DNA of 35,443 bases from an uncultured Acidimicrobiaceae bacterium. GTDB taxonomy: Bacteria; Actinomycetota; Acidimicrobiia; Acidimicrobiales; UBA8592. Every line of letters starts with the position of its first letter. Within the stretch, counting starts at the first letter, position 1. The stretch lies in the NCBI GenBank assembly GCA_913031515.1, contig CAJWET010000001.1, forward strand, positions 1 through 35,443. The letters are read 5' to 3'. Under the pieces are notes generated by a model. It was given only the letters and a program-made list of their open reading frames with translations. It ran no database searches and was not told the origin of the DNA. Both the position numbers and the translations under genes were made by a program. This document shows positions 27,032 through 35,443 of this stretch, piece after piece.

Positions 27032-28123
27032 TTATCCATGGGGGAGAAGTACCGTCCGTGCTTCCGTTCCAATTTTCATCGCATCAAACGCTGCTTGAAT
27101 GCCGTCCAATCCGGCCGTATTTGAGATCATCTCATCTAATTTGAGTCGCCCACGCATATAGAGATCAGCGAGCATAGGGAAATCTTTTCTAGGCTTTGCA
27201 CCACCAGCTCGTATCCCCATCAATTGTTTGTTTTGATGCAGACTTTGAAACCCATAGGTTACCGTTGCAGTAAGATCTGGGACGCCAACGGCACAGATAT
27301 TGCCACCGGGTCTAGTCATATTAATAGCGTTACTTAAAAGAGTGGTATGTCCAACCACTTCAAAAGAATGGTTTGCCCCTAATGGGAGCAATTCCTTCAC
27401 AGCGGCGACGGAATCAAACTCTTCTCCCTCAGAAAGAATAAAATCAGTGGCTCCAAATTCTCGAGCTAAGCTCTCTTTTTCTGCGACTCGGTCTATAGCA
27501 ATAATTTGACTCGCTCCGACCAGATCTGCAGCTTGAATGACATTCAAACCAACGCCTCCAGCCCCGATGACAACCACACTATCGCCAATCTGTACTTTCG
27601 CTCGATTAAAGACAGCTCCAGTTCCGGTAATAACTCCGCAACCTATGAGAGACGCTGACGCTAGAGGCATCTCCTTTGGGATAGGAATACACTGATTTTC
27701 ATTAACTATTGTTTCTTGAACAAACGCACCGATATTAGCGAAATTGTAGAGAAGCTGGTCACCTTCACGGTATGGCTGCGTAAGACCCCCCATACCCCCA
27801 TTCCTGCAGTTCCCAGGATGGCCATCTTCACACTCAGGACAATGACCACAATTACCAAATGTTGAAAGGATAACGTGATCTCCTTTTTGGCAGTACGTGA
27901 CAGCTGATCCAACTTCAACGACTTTTCCAGCCGCCTCATGTCCTGGAACTAAAGGGGTTGGCATGTAATATTTTCCGTGCACACAACTCAGATCAGATCC
28001 ACAGACGCCTGCCGCGTGGATTTCAACCCGAACTTGCCTTGGCAATAAATCAGCTACGAGCTCAATATTGTCGGATAAACGGATGCTCTCTTCAGTGGTT
28101 CCTTCCAGAATAAGTCCTTGCAT
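27032..28123 (-). CDS. Zinc-dependent alcohol dehydrogenase (MDR family)
   Basis: Motifs GVCGSD, GHEAAG, structural Zn site CGHCPEC...C, GCGVITG and GAGGVG. Confidence 0.92.
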   Translation of the reverse strand: MQGLILEGTTEESIRLSDNIELVADLLPRQVRVEIHAAGVCGSDLSCVHGKYYMPTPLVPGHEAAGKVVEVGSAVTYCQKGDHVILSTFGNCGHCPECEDGHPGNCRNGGMGGLTQPYREGDQLLYNFANIGAFVQETIVNENQCIPIPKEMPLASASLIGCGVITGTGAVFNRAKVQIGDSVVVIGAGGVGLNVIQAADLVGASQIIAIDRVAEKESLAREFGATDFILSEGEEFDSVAAVKELLPLGANHSFEVVGHTTLLSNAINMTRPGGNICAVGVPDLTATVTYGFQSLHQNKQLMGIRAGGAKPRKDFPMLADLYMRGRLKLDEMISNTAGLDGIQAAFDAMKIGTEARTVLLPHG

Positions 28124-28206
28124 TTTTATCTACTTTCTCATACGTCTTGTCCCATTGTCGCGCATCTTTTGTTGTTCGCCCATCTCAATCGGCATCATGA
28201 AAGAAA

Positions 28207-28215
28207 ACTATACCA
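28207..28215 (-). promoter_or_regulatory. Candidate extended -10 promoter (TGnTATAGT) for the ADH-deacylase-SDR-DoxX run
   Basis: The minus strand reads TGGTATAGT in the divergent intergenic region. Confidence 0.45.
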
Positions 28216-28293
28216 ATTTGGGGATATTCCCCTTTAGTTAGCTCTCTCGCCTCTCGTCACATATCGTTACATCAGGGATGGAAGAGAGAGACA

Positions 28294-29370
28294 ATGGGTA
28301 AAGATGTTGTTGTTTGGGGAACTGGAAATGTTGGTCGTCCGGCGGTTCGTTCCGTAGTTGCAAATAAAGATCTTAATCTGAGTGGCGTATTGGTTCATAA
28401 CCCCGAAAAAGTCGGTAAAGATGCTGGTGAACTGGCTGGCATCGAGCCGACTGGAGTTATAGCTACAGACGATATTTCTGTAGTTTTTGATGATCAAGTT
28501 GATGCTGTTGTCTACGCCGTCAATGCTGACTTTCGGCCGATGGAGTCCCTTGACGAAGCAGAGAAGCTTCTCCGTAGCGGAAAGAATGTTGTCACATCCA
28601 GCTTTTACTCGCTGTACCACCCGCCTTCGATGCCGGAAGATCTTGCAGATCGGTTTACGAATGCCTGTGTTGAAGGAAACGCGTCAATCTTTGCATCAGG
28701 AATCGATCCCGGGTGGACGTGTGACATCCTTCCATTGCTTCTGGCTGGTGTAAGTGCTGATATAACTGAAATCCGGTCAAGAGAATTGATGAACTATGCG
28801 CTTTATGACCAGCCGGATGCTGTTCGAAACCTCGTAGGTTTCGGGATGCCGATAGATCAGACTCCCCCCATGGTGCTTGATTTTTCAATGCAGATGGTAT
28901 GGGGTCCAGAAATCCGGATCCTTGCGGATGGACTCGGAGTTGAACTTGAAGAGATTCGAACGCACGTTGAAAAACGGGCATTAGAAAAAACCGTCACCGT
29001 GGAAGGAATGGGAGATTTTGATAAAGGGACGATCGGAGCTCTGCGGTTTGAAATACAGGGAATCGTAAATGGGAAACCCATGTTAGTGATGGAACATGTT
29101 ACACGAATAGATGATGATTGCGCCCCTGATTGGCCTTACCCTTCTTCCGGACAAGGGATTCATCAGGTTGAGATAACTGGTAAACCTAGCCTCTCCGTCA
29201 CTGTTCATGGGGAAGAACATGGTGAACGTGGTGCTGCAGGGGGAGGAAACGGAACAGCTGCGAACCGCATTGTCAATGCAATCCCAGCAGTTTGTGCTGC
29301 TTCCCCTGGTGTTCTCCATCCACTTGATGTCACTCCGTTGAATATTGGAGCCCAGTTTAAGGATTCATAG
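28294..29370 (+). CDS. DapB-like N-domain oxidoreductase of the 2,4-diaminopentanoate / native amine dehydrogenase structural family
   Basis: Motifs WGTGNVG, KVGKDAGEL, GKNVVT, SGIDPG and the C-terminal TANRIVNAIPAVCAASPG. Confidence 0.8.
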   Translation: MGKDVVVWGTGNVGRPAVRSVVANKDLNLSGVLVHNPEKVGKDAGELAGIEPTGVIATDDISVVFDDQVDAVVYAVNADFRPMESLDEAEKLLRSGKNVVTSSFYSLYHPPSMPEDLADRFTNACVEGNASIFASGIDPGWTCDILPLLLAGVSADITEIRSRELMNYALYDQPDAVRNLVGFGMPIDQTPPMVLDFSMQMVWGPEIRILADGLGVELEEIRTHVEKRALEKTVTVEGMGDFDKGTIGALRFEIQGIVNGKPMLVMEHVTRIDDDCAPDWPYPSSGQGIHQVEITGKPSLSVTVHGEEHGERGAAGGGNGTAANRIVNAIPAVCAASPGVLHPLDVTPLNIGAQFKDS

Positions 29371-29384
29371 AAAGGATAGAAGCG

Positions 29385-30158
29385 ATGGTAATCCCTGAAG
29401 AAGCATTTACTGACCTTGATGGGAAAGTAGTCACAATTACCGGCGGTAGCAGGGGATTGGGGAAAGAGATGGCTCTCGCCTTTGCACGTTGTGGAGCGCA
29501 TGTTGTTATTGCAAGCAGGAAAAAAGAAAACTGTGAAGCGTTAGCGGCCGACATAACTGAAAATATAGGGATAGAAGCGCTTGCAGCCGAATGCCATGTC
29601 GGTGAGTGGGATCAGTGCGACGCGTTGTTTAACACAGTTCTTCAAACATTCGGAAAGTGTGATGTACTTATCAATAACGCTGGAATGTCACCCTTATATG
29701 GGTCGTTAACAGATGTTTCTCAGGAACTTTTCGACAAAGTTCTCAATGTCAACTTACGAGGCCCATTCAGACTTTCCGCGAAATTCGGTGAACAGATGGT
29801 TCAAGATGGTAGTGGTGCAATTATCAATATCAGCTCCGTAGCTGCAGCCCAGCCAAACCCCAATGAAGCCCCATATGGGGCAGCGAAAGCAGGTTTGCAA
29901 TCATTAACAAAATCATTCTCACGTGCTTACGCTCCACAAGTACGTGTTAATTGCATCATGCCTGGACCTTTCCTCACTGATATCAGTGACGCATGGTCAG
30001 AAGAAACCCACAAGTCCTTAGAAGCATTACCGCTAGGACGAGGAGGTCAACCTAGTGAAATAGTGGGAGCTGCACTCTACTTCGCTAGTAATGCAAGTTC
30101 CTTTACAACAGGAGCTGTCCTCAAAATAGATGGCGGATTAATCGCTTCGCCTTCATAA
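29385..30158 (+). CDS. Short-chain dehydrogenase/reductase
   Basis: Motifs TGGSRGLG, ASRK, NNAG, NISS, YGAAK and MPGPF. Confidence 0.92.
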   Translation: MVIPEEAFTDLDGKVVTITGGSRGLGKEMALAFARCGAHVVIASRKKENCEALAADITENIGIEALAAECHVGEWDQCDALFNTVLQTFGKCDVLINNAGMSPLYGSLTDVSQELFDKVLNVNLRGPFRLSAKFGEQMVQDGSGAIINISSVAAAQPNPNEAPYGAAKAGLQSLTKSFSRAYAPQVRVNCIMPGPFLTDISDAWSEETHKSLEALPLGRGGQPSEIVGAALYFASNASSFTTGAVLKIDGGLIASPS

Positions 30159-31016
30159 TTAAAGTGTTTTTGGCCGGTTTACAAAACGTTTCGCTTCAGG
30201 AGAGAAGAACCAGCCGCCGCCAGCATGGCTTCCTCCATCGACAGGGATATTGTGTCCTGTCACGAAAGCCGACAAATCACTAGCGAGAAAAAGAGCAACT
30301 CTCGCTTGATCTTCTGGCCAGCCAAGCCTACCTACCGGAGCCCACGCTTCCCATAGATGATCAGCATCTTCATATCCCGAAATATAGTTCACCTGCGGTG
30401 TTTGGGTTAGATCGACGCCCATGCCGTTCACACGAATGCCTTTCCTGCCAAATCCGGAAGCGAGACATGTTGAAAAATGGTTCACTGCGGCTTTCATAGC
30501 TCCATAAATCGGATCACCTGGATAGCCTCGCATCCCCTCAACTGAATGCACATTGATAATCGATCCGCCCCCTCCGTCAATCATTGATTGCAAAAAAGCG
30601 TGCGTTACGAGAAAAACGTGGTGCAAATTAATATCGTACATTTCCTTCCACGAATCAGGAGAAGAATCAAGAAATCTAACCAACGGACGATAATCTCCCA
30701 CGTTGTTTACGAGGACATCAATGTGTCCATGCGTATCTAAAACCTTTTTCTGAAGGTCAGTGACATCGCTTTCTTCGCGGACATCCATGATATGTGCTCG
30801 TGCATTTCCCCCAGCACTGGTGATCTCTTGGACAGCGGTATTGGCAAGCTCAGCATCAATTTCAGCAATTTCTACTATTGCTCCATGCTCCGCAAACAAC
30901 TCACTGATCCCACGGCCAATCCCTCCGCCTCCGCCGGTAACAACCGCAACCTTTCCCTCAAGGAGAAGATTCCAATTCTCAATATTTGGAACATTGGCAG
31001 GAGTTTGTGAATTCAT
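30159..31016 (-). CDS. Short-chain dehydrogenase/reductase
   Basis: Motifs TGGGGGIG, NNVG, YGAMK and VTG..IPVDGG. Confidence 0.9.
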   Translation of the reverse strand: MNSQTPANVPNIENWNLLLEGKVAVVTGGGGGIGRGISELFAEHGAIVEIAEIDAELANTAVQEITSAGGNARAHIMDVREESDVTDLQKKVLDTHGHIDVLVNNVGDYRPLVRFLDSSPDSWKEMYDINLHHVFLVTHAFLQSMIDGGGGSIINVHSVEGMRGYPGDPIYGAMKAAVNHFSTCLASGFGRKGIRVNGMGVDLTQTPQVNYISGYEDADHLWEAWAPVGRLGWPEDQARVALFLASDLSAFVTGHNIPVDGGSHAGGGWFFSPEAKRFVNRPKTL

Positions 31017-31023
31017 TCAAGCC

Positions 31024-32238
31024 CTAGATGTTATCGAGAGGAAGAACAACATCCGGTAACGGGTGCCGGTACAGTTTCGCGGCATTCTCAGAACACATCA
31101 TCCGAAGTTCATGCAGGGGGATATGTCCCCAAGCATCGCGGATTACCTTCTGAGTATTTGGCCAGGTTCCATCACCATGAGGATAATCGGTTTCAACACA
31201 GATATTTTCCACTCCAATAACATCGCGTGTGTCAATTGTTGAAGGATCATCAAGAGTGCAGAACCAAAAGTTCCGTCGAAGAACATCAGCGGGACGTTCA
31301 TCCCACCCCAAGCCGTACCCAGAGCGGTCAATGATGTTCTCTAAGCGGTCAATGAGCATCGCGACCCACCCGATCCCTCCTTCAGACATAGCAATTTTGA
31401 GATTAGGGAATCGAAGAGGATATTCGCTCCATAACCAATGCGCGCAAGCACCCAGTGAAAGTTGGCCGAACAGCGTCGCCCCGATCTGCATGGCTGGGGC
31501 TCCAGGCGTAAAAGGGGTCACTCCTGAACTCCCGACATGGAGAGAAATAACGGTTTCTGTTTCCGCACATGCGGCGATAATAGGATCCCAGAATTCCTTA
31601 TCCCAAAGATTCGGAAAACCAATATGATGTGGCATTTCAGGAAGCGTCACGGAAACAAACCCGCGTTCAGCATTCCGATGGATCTCCTTGACGGCGGCTT
31701 CACTATCTCCGAGGTAGGTGATACCTCCAGGAATCACCCGTTCAGGGTATTTCGAGTACCATTCCGTGAAGAGCCAATCGTTCCAAGCTTTAACAGCATC
31801 GATGCCCACATCCCTGTTCGTTGCTTTGGCAAACACTGTTCCACAAAAACCCGTGATCTGTGAAGGAAAGTTGAGCATTGCCCAAATACCACCAAGATCC
31901 ATGTCCTTTATACGAGCGTCAATGTCATAACAACCCGGCCTCATCTGATCAAAGCGGAAAGGTTCCACCTTAACGGTTTCCGGTTTCCTGCCCGCTACAG
32001 CATTCATCCCAACCTGACTGTAAGTAGCACCTTCAAAATCCCAGACCTGATGTCCTTGATCCGTTTCAACCAATTGCGGCCCGAGGTCCCGTAAATCAGG
32101 TTGCATGTATTCTTTGAAAAGATGTGGAGGTTCCACTACATGGTCATCAACAGAAATGATGGTGTATGAAACCTCACCCGGTTCAGGGTCCGGTAGGAAA
32201 AGATCAGAATCTAAAGAAGTTGTCAAAGGGGACTCCAT
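31024..32238 (-). CDS. Amidohydrolase_2 family metal-dependent enzyme
   Basis: Motifs ISVDDHVVEP, AWNDW, SLHVG, SEGGIGW and ETDYPHGD. Confidence 0.88.
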   Translation of the reverse strand: MESPLTTSLDSDLFLPDPEPGEVSYTIISVDDHVVEPPHLFKEYMQPDLRDLGPQLVETDQGHQVWDFEGATYSQVGMNAVAGRKPETVKVEPFRFDQMRPGCYDIDARIKDMDLGGIWAMLNFPSQITGFCGTVFAKATNRDVGIDAVKAWNDWLFTEWYSKYPERVIPGGITYLGDSEAAVKEIHRNAERGFVSVTLPEMPHHIGFPNLWDKEFWDPIIAACAETETVISLHVGSSGVTPFTPGAPAMQIGATLFGQLSLGACAHWLWSEYPLRFPNLKIAMSEGGIGWVAMLIDRLENIIDRSGYGLGWDERPADVLRRNFWFCTLDDPSTIDTRDVIGVENICVETDYPHGDGTWPNTQKVIRDAWGHIPLHELRMMCSENAAKLYRHPLPDVVLPLDNI

Positions 32239-32321
32239 TGCAGTGCGAAAAATCTCTATTGTTGTGGTAACTATAAAAGCAGCACAACATCACCCTAGAG
32301 TTTGAAGGAGAGAGAGAAAAG

Positions 32322-33149
32322 GTGAAGACAAAAAAAGTCGCATTCGTGACCGGCGCAAGCCGAGGGATAGGAAGAGCTTGCGCTGTTGCTCTAGCTCAAG
32401 CTGGATATGACGTAGCCGTTTCTGCACGAACCATGGTTGATGGGACAGCGGTTCTAGATGATGGTGTAACTCCAGTTCCGGGGGGCTTGGACACAACAGT
32501 TAAGCAAATAAACGCAACTGGCCAAGAAGGTTTTCCTATAGAGATGGATCTGTTAGATCGGAATTCAGTGCTTCTCGCGGCTGACTTAGCTTTGGAATAT
32601 TTTGGCCATATTGATGTCCTCCTCAATAACGCCATTTATCAGGGTCCGGGGGCGATGCTCACAATAGAAGAACTTGAAGACAAGTACCTTAATCAGTTAT
32701 TCGAAGGAAATGTTTTTGCTCAACTTGCCCTTATACGTCATCTTCTTCCAATGTTTATCAAACAAGGAGGAGCAACCATAGTCAATATGATTTCCGCAAC
32801 TGCGTTCATAAATCCGCCAGGGAAAATAGGTTCAGGAGGATGGGGGGTGGGATACGCAATGTCCAAATCAGCTTTCGAAAGAATAGCTCCCTTACTTATG
32901 ACCGAACACGGAGACGAAGGGATAATCTCCTACAACATTGACCCAGGGCATGTCGTTACAGAACGGCAAATAGCGAAACGGAAAGAAAAAGAATATACAG
33001 CGTTTCCTAGCGCACCTCCGGAAGCTATAGGAGCTGCTGTTGCTTGGCTCGTTGAAGATCCACGAGCTCCAGAAGAATATGCGGGGACAATAATCAATGC
33101 GCAACGAGAAACTAAAAAGCGGGGGTTACTCCCGGGCTGGCCTGATTAA
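32322..33149 (+). CDS. Short-chain dehydrogenase/reductase
   Basis: Motifs TGASRGIG, SART, NNA, YAMSK and IDPG. GTG start after a purine-rich SD. Confidence 0.9.
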   Translation: MKTKKVAFVTGASRGIGRACAVALAQAGYDVAVSARTMVDGTAVLDDGVTPVPGGLDTTVKQINATGQEGFPIEMDLLDRNSVLLAADLALEYFGHIDVLLNNAIYQGPGAMLTIEELEDKYLNQLFEGNVFAQLALIRHLLPMFIKQGGATIVNMISATAFINPPGKIGSGGWGVGYAMSKSAFERIAPLLMTEHGDEGIISYNIDPGHVVTERQIAKRKEKEYTAFPSAPPEAIGAAVAWLVEDPRAPEEYAGTIINAQRETKKRGLLPGWPD

Positions 33150-33156
33150 AATTACT

Positions 33157-33927
33157 TTAGGGTCGCCAGTTTCTCGGGCCGCCGCGTTCACCCGGCCAGC
33201 GTGACCCGCCGATAGTATCTGCGAACGGCCAAAATCCTTCTGGGTCCAATGGGCCTGCATTAGTGATTTCACGGCTCTTATGTGCGGAACGGACAAGCTG
33301 GGCGGAAACCTGCTCGCGCATTGGCAGGAGTTCCGTGTAGGGATCCCACGGGCTTTCACGGAGAATAAGATCTCCAGAGAGATCTTCGATCTCAACGGGT
33401 TCACTGACACTATGGACACGGACAACATGAGGTGGGAAATCATATTGTCCCTCAGCTCCACCTATTTGCCTTGATGATTTAATCCACCACTCATTTTCTT
33501 CTACTTCTCCACCATCGAGGCTCACATTCCCATTGGAATGTCCACGGAACTCCATGAACGTGTATCCCTGATGTTCACAAACAGCTTCCACGTAGTCATC
33601 TATCCGGTAGAAAGAAATGCTACATGGAAATTTCGGCTGCCCATTCAACTCTTGGCTAATGAAAATAGCGGCTTCTTGGTCGATACCCATGCCGACACAA
33701 AACAGACCATCCATACCATCGAAAGAAGCACGAACTTTTGTACTCACCCCATATTCGGGTTCGGCAAGGATGGGAACACAGTACACGTTGATTTGAACGA
33801 TTGGATCCCCGCTTGGTTCAAGTCCGGGTGGTAGCAACGCTGCGATTTTTTCCGCATCGGTCCGGTAAGAAACTTTCAATTTCGGCCATCCACCTGTTTC
33901 GCCGGGTCGTGTTAGATGATCACTCAT
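33157..33927 (-). CDS. Acetoacetate decarboxylase (ADC) family protein
   Basis: YRTD...LLPPGL and the Schiff-base Lys context ELNGQPK, plus SPWDP. Start placed at ATG 33927 after GGAG. Confidence 0.8.
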   Translation of the reverse strand: MSDHLTRPGETGGWPKLKVSYRTDAEKIAALLPPGLEPSGDPIVQINVYCVPILAEPEYGVSTKVRASFDGMDGLFCVGMGIDQEAAIFISQELNGQPKFPCSISFYRIDDYVEAVCEHQGYTFMEFRGHSNGNVSLDGGEVEENEWWIKSSRQIGGAEGQYDFPPHVVRVHSVSEPVEIEDLSGDLILRESPWDPYTELLPMREQVSAQLVRSAHKSREITNAGPLDPEGFWPFADTIGGSRWPGERGGPRNWRP

Positions 33928-33992
33928 AATTTTCTCCAATGTAACGGTTTTCCTTTTGGCTACTTTGGCACAATCGCCAGCGTTTTGCGAAA

Positions 33993-34006
33993 AACGAGTA
34001 CTCGTT
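33993..34006. promoter_or_regulatory. Perfect 14-bp palindrome AACGAGTACTCGTT, candidate repressor operator
   Basis: An exact self-complementary sequence in the divergent ADC/SDR intergenic region. Confidence 0.5.
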
Positions 34007-34043
34007 CTACAAAAGAAAGAGAGGAAAGGAAATTGTTACGACC

Positions 34044-34880
34044 ATGGCTGACCTATTGAACGGCAAAACAGCAGTAATAACTGGGGCTAGCAGGGGGATA
34101 GGAGCTGCCGTCGCCCATAGGTTCGCAGCTGAAGGAGCTGACATAGCGATCACAGCGAGAACTCTCGACAATCATCCAACACTTTCCGGGTCACTCAACG
34201 AAACCGTAGAACGTTGCCAACGATTCGGTAGACGAGTAGAAGTAATTCAAGCGGATCTTGGAAACGAAGAATCCCGTGCGACGATCATTCCCGCAGCCAT
34301 TGAAGAACTCGGCTCAGTTGACATTCTCATTAATAACGCTGCTGCAGCGATCTACAAAGGACTCGACTCGTACTCGTTGAAACACCGTCGGCTAATGACG
34401 GAAATAAACGTCCAAGCTCCCCTTGACCTCATACAACAAGCACTCCCAGCAATGATCAGCAACGGAGAAGGATGGATCGTTAACCTCTCCAGCGCATCAA
34501 AAAACCATCCGACTGGACCCCCATTTGACTTAGGGGGAGTCAAAGGTGTCTACGGCTTCTACGGAGCGACAAAGGCCATGCTTGACCGGACAACATCCGC
34601 CCTTGCCTCTGAACTTCATGGGACAGGCATACGGGTAAATACCGTCGAACCTCGGGCAGCTGTCCTATCCGAAGGAGCGGAGGCAGTTGTCGGGCAAATA
34701 CTGAAACCCGAACAGATTGAATCAATGGAAGCAATGGTTGAATCAATCCTTTACCTAGCTACGTGCGGACCGGACCACACAGGAAAAAATGAGATCAGCC
34801 TCGACATCGTTGACAACCAGGAGTTAACGGTCATGGACCTCAATGGTGAAGAACCCCACCCCGGAGGGAAAAAACCGTAA
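34044..34880 (+). CDS. Short-chain dehydrogenase/reductase
   Basis: Motifs TGASRGIG, TART, NNAA, NLSS and YGATK. Confidence 0.9.
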   Translation: MADLLNGKTAVITGASRGIGAAVAHRFAAEGADIAITARTLDNHPTLSGSLNETVERCQRFGRRVEVIQADLGNEESRATIIPAAIEELGSVDILINNAAAAIYKGLDSYSLKHRRLMTEINVQAPLDLIQQALPAMISNGEGWIVNLSSASKNHPTGPPFDLGGVKGVYGFYGATKAMLDRTTSALASELHGTGIRVNTVEPRAAVLSEGAEAVVGQILKPEQIESMEAMVESILYLATCGPDHTGKNEISLDIVDNQELTVMDLNGEEPHPGGKKP

Positions 34881-34905
34881 CTACCGGAATCGGAAGGAAA
34901 AAGAA

Positions 34906-35443
34906 ATGTCAGAATACGAACACATCCTCATTGAAAGTCCATCGCCTGCCATACGGAGAATTATCCTCAATAGGCCAGAAAAACGAAATGCCATAAGCAC
35001 TCCGATGCGGACGGAGATTTTTGAAGCACTCCAAAAACATGACACTGACGAAGAGGTTCGTGTCACCATCATTTGTGGGGCCGGAGATTGTTTCTCGTCA
35101 GGATATGACCTCACCAGTGGCGGGTTAATGGAAAATGCCCCTATCTACAGCGCCCCAGGTGATGGCCAATGGACCCGACAGGCAACCGATAGCTGGTTTA
35201 GCATTTGGGACTTAGCCAAACCCGTGATCGCGCAAATCCATGGCTATGCAATGGCAGGGGGCACAGAACTCGCTTCTGCATGTGACCTTGTATACATGGC
35301 CGACAATGCAACTATTGGCTACCCCGTTGTTCGTGTCATGAGTACCCCCGATTGGCAATTCCATACGCCTCTGCTCGGATTGAGAGCTTCGATGGAAATG
35401 ATGTTGACAGGAAATACTTATTCGGCTGAAGAAGCTGTTCAGG
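34906..35443 (+). CDS. Enoyl-CoA hydratase/isomerase (crotonase) family, truncated by the window edge
   Basis: Not in the ORF track. My translation from ATG 34906 gives LNRPEKRNAI, FSSGYDL, KPVIAQIHGYAMAGGTELASACD and MLTG, open to the end of the window. Confidence 0.92.
   Translation, partial: MSEYEHILIESPSPAIRRIILNRPEKRNAISTPMRTEIFEALQKHDTDEEVRVTIICGAGDCFSSGYDLTSGGLMENAPIYSAPGDGQWTRQATDSWFSIWDLAKPVIAQIHGYAMAGGTELASACDLVYMADNATIGYPVVRVMSTPDWQFHTPLLGLRASMEMMLTGNTYSAEEAVQ

Noticed and set aside
34881-35114. 77-aa minus-strand ORF
   Set aside because: It is antisense to the clear enoyl-CoA hydratase starting at 34906.
34044-35443. Apparent shift toward A/C-ending codons at the right end
   Set aside because: This is a visual impression over a short span and cannot be supported without computing skew and codon usage.
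1-35443. Mobile element, prophage or natural-product biosynthetic cluster
   Set aside because: No integrase, transposase, phage genes, terminal repeats, PKS/NRPS, RiPP machinery or exporter was seen. The enzyme set fits catabolism better.

Overview
A gene-dense bacterial chromosome segment of moderate GC (about 45% by eye, not computed), with 33 coding regions, two of them cut by the window edges. The gene families and leaderless-type promoter layouts suggest an actinobacterium, possibly Acidimicrobiia-like (inference). The left part (1-12.4 kb) is mixed: a HisN-like phosphatase, an LPXTG surface protein with a 15-bp tandem repeat, a CoA-transferase, a GNAT, an orphan beta-class DNA methyltransferase, a PD-(D/E)XK-like nuclease with a winged helix, two EcKL/APH-like kinases, glcDEF and tatA. 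The right part (12.4-35.4 kb) is a dense catabolic region of unknown substrate. It holds a Baeyer-Villiger monooxygenase with an esterase and CoA-transferase, a PAP2 protein, three amidohydrolase_2 enzymes, six SDRs, a CYP125-like P450, a D-aminoacylase-like enzyme, a Zn-ADH, a DapB/amine-dehydrogenase-like protein, an acetoacetate-decarboxylase-family protein and an enoyl-CoA hydratase. The most striking item is a Tat-exported putative lipoprotein flavin amine oxidase whose domain order is circularly permuted (22332-23711). I saw no rRNA, tRNA, CRISPR array, transposase, integrase, transporter or clear transcription factor. All product calls come from motif recognition, with no database searches.
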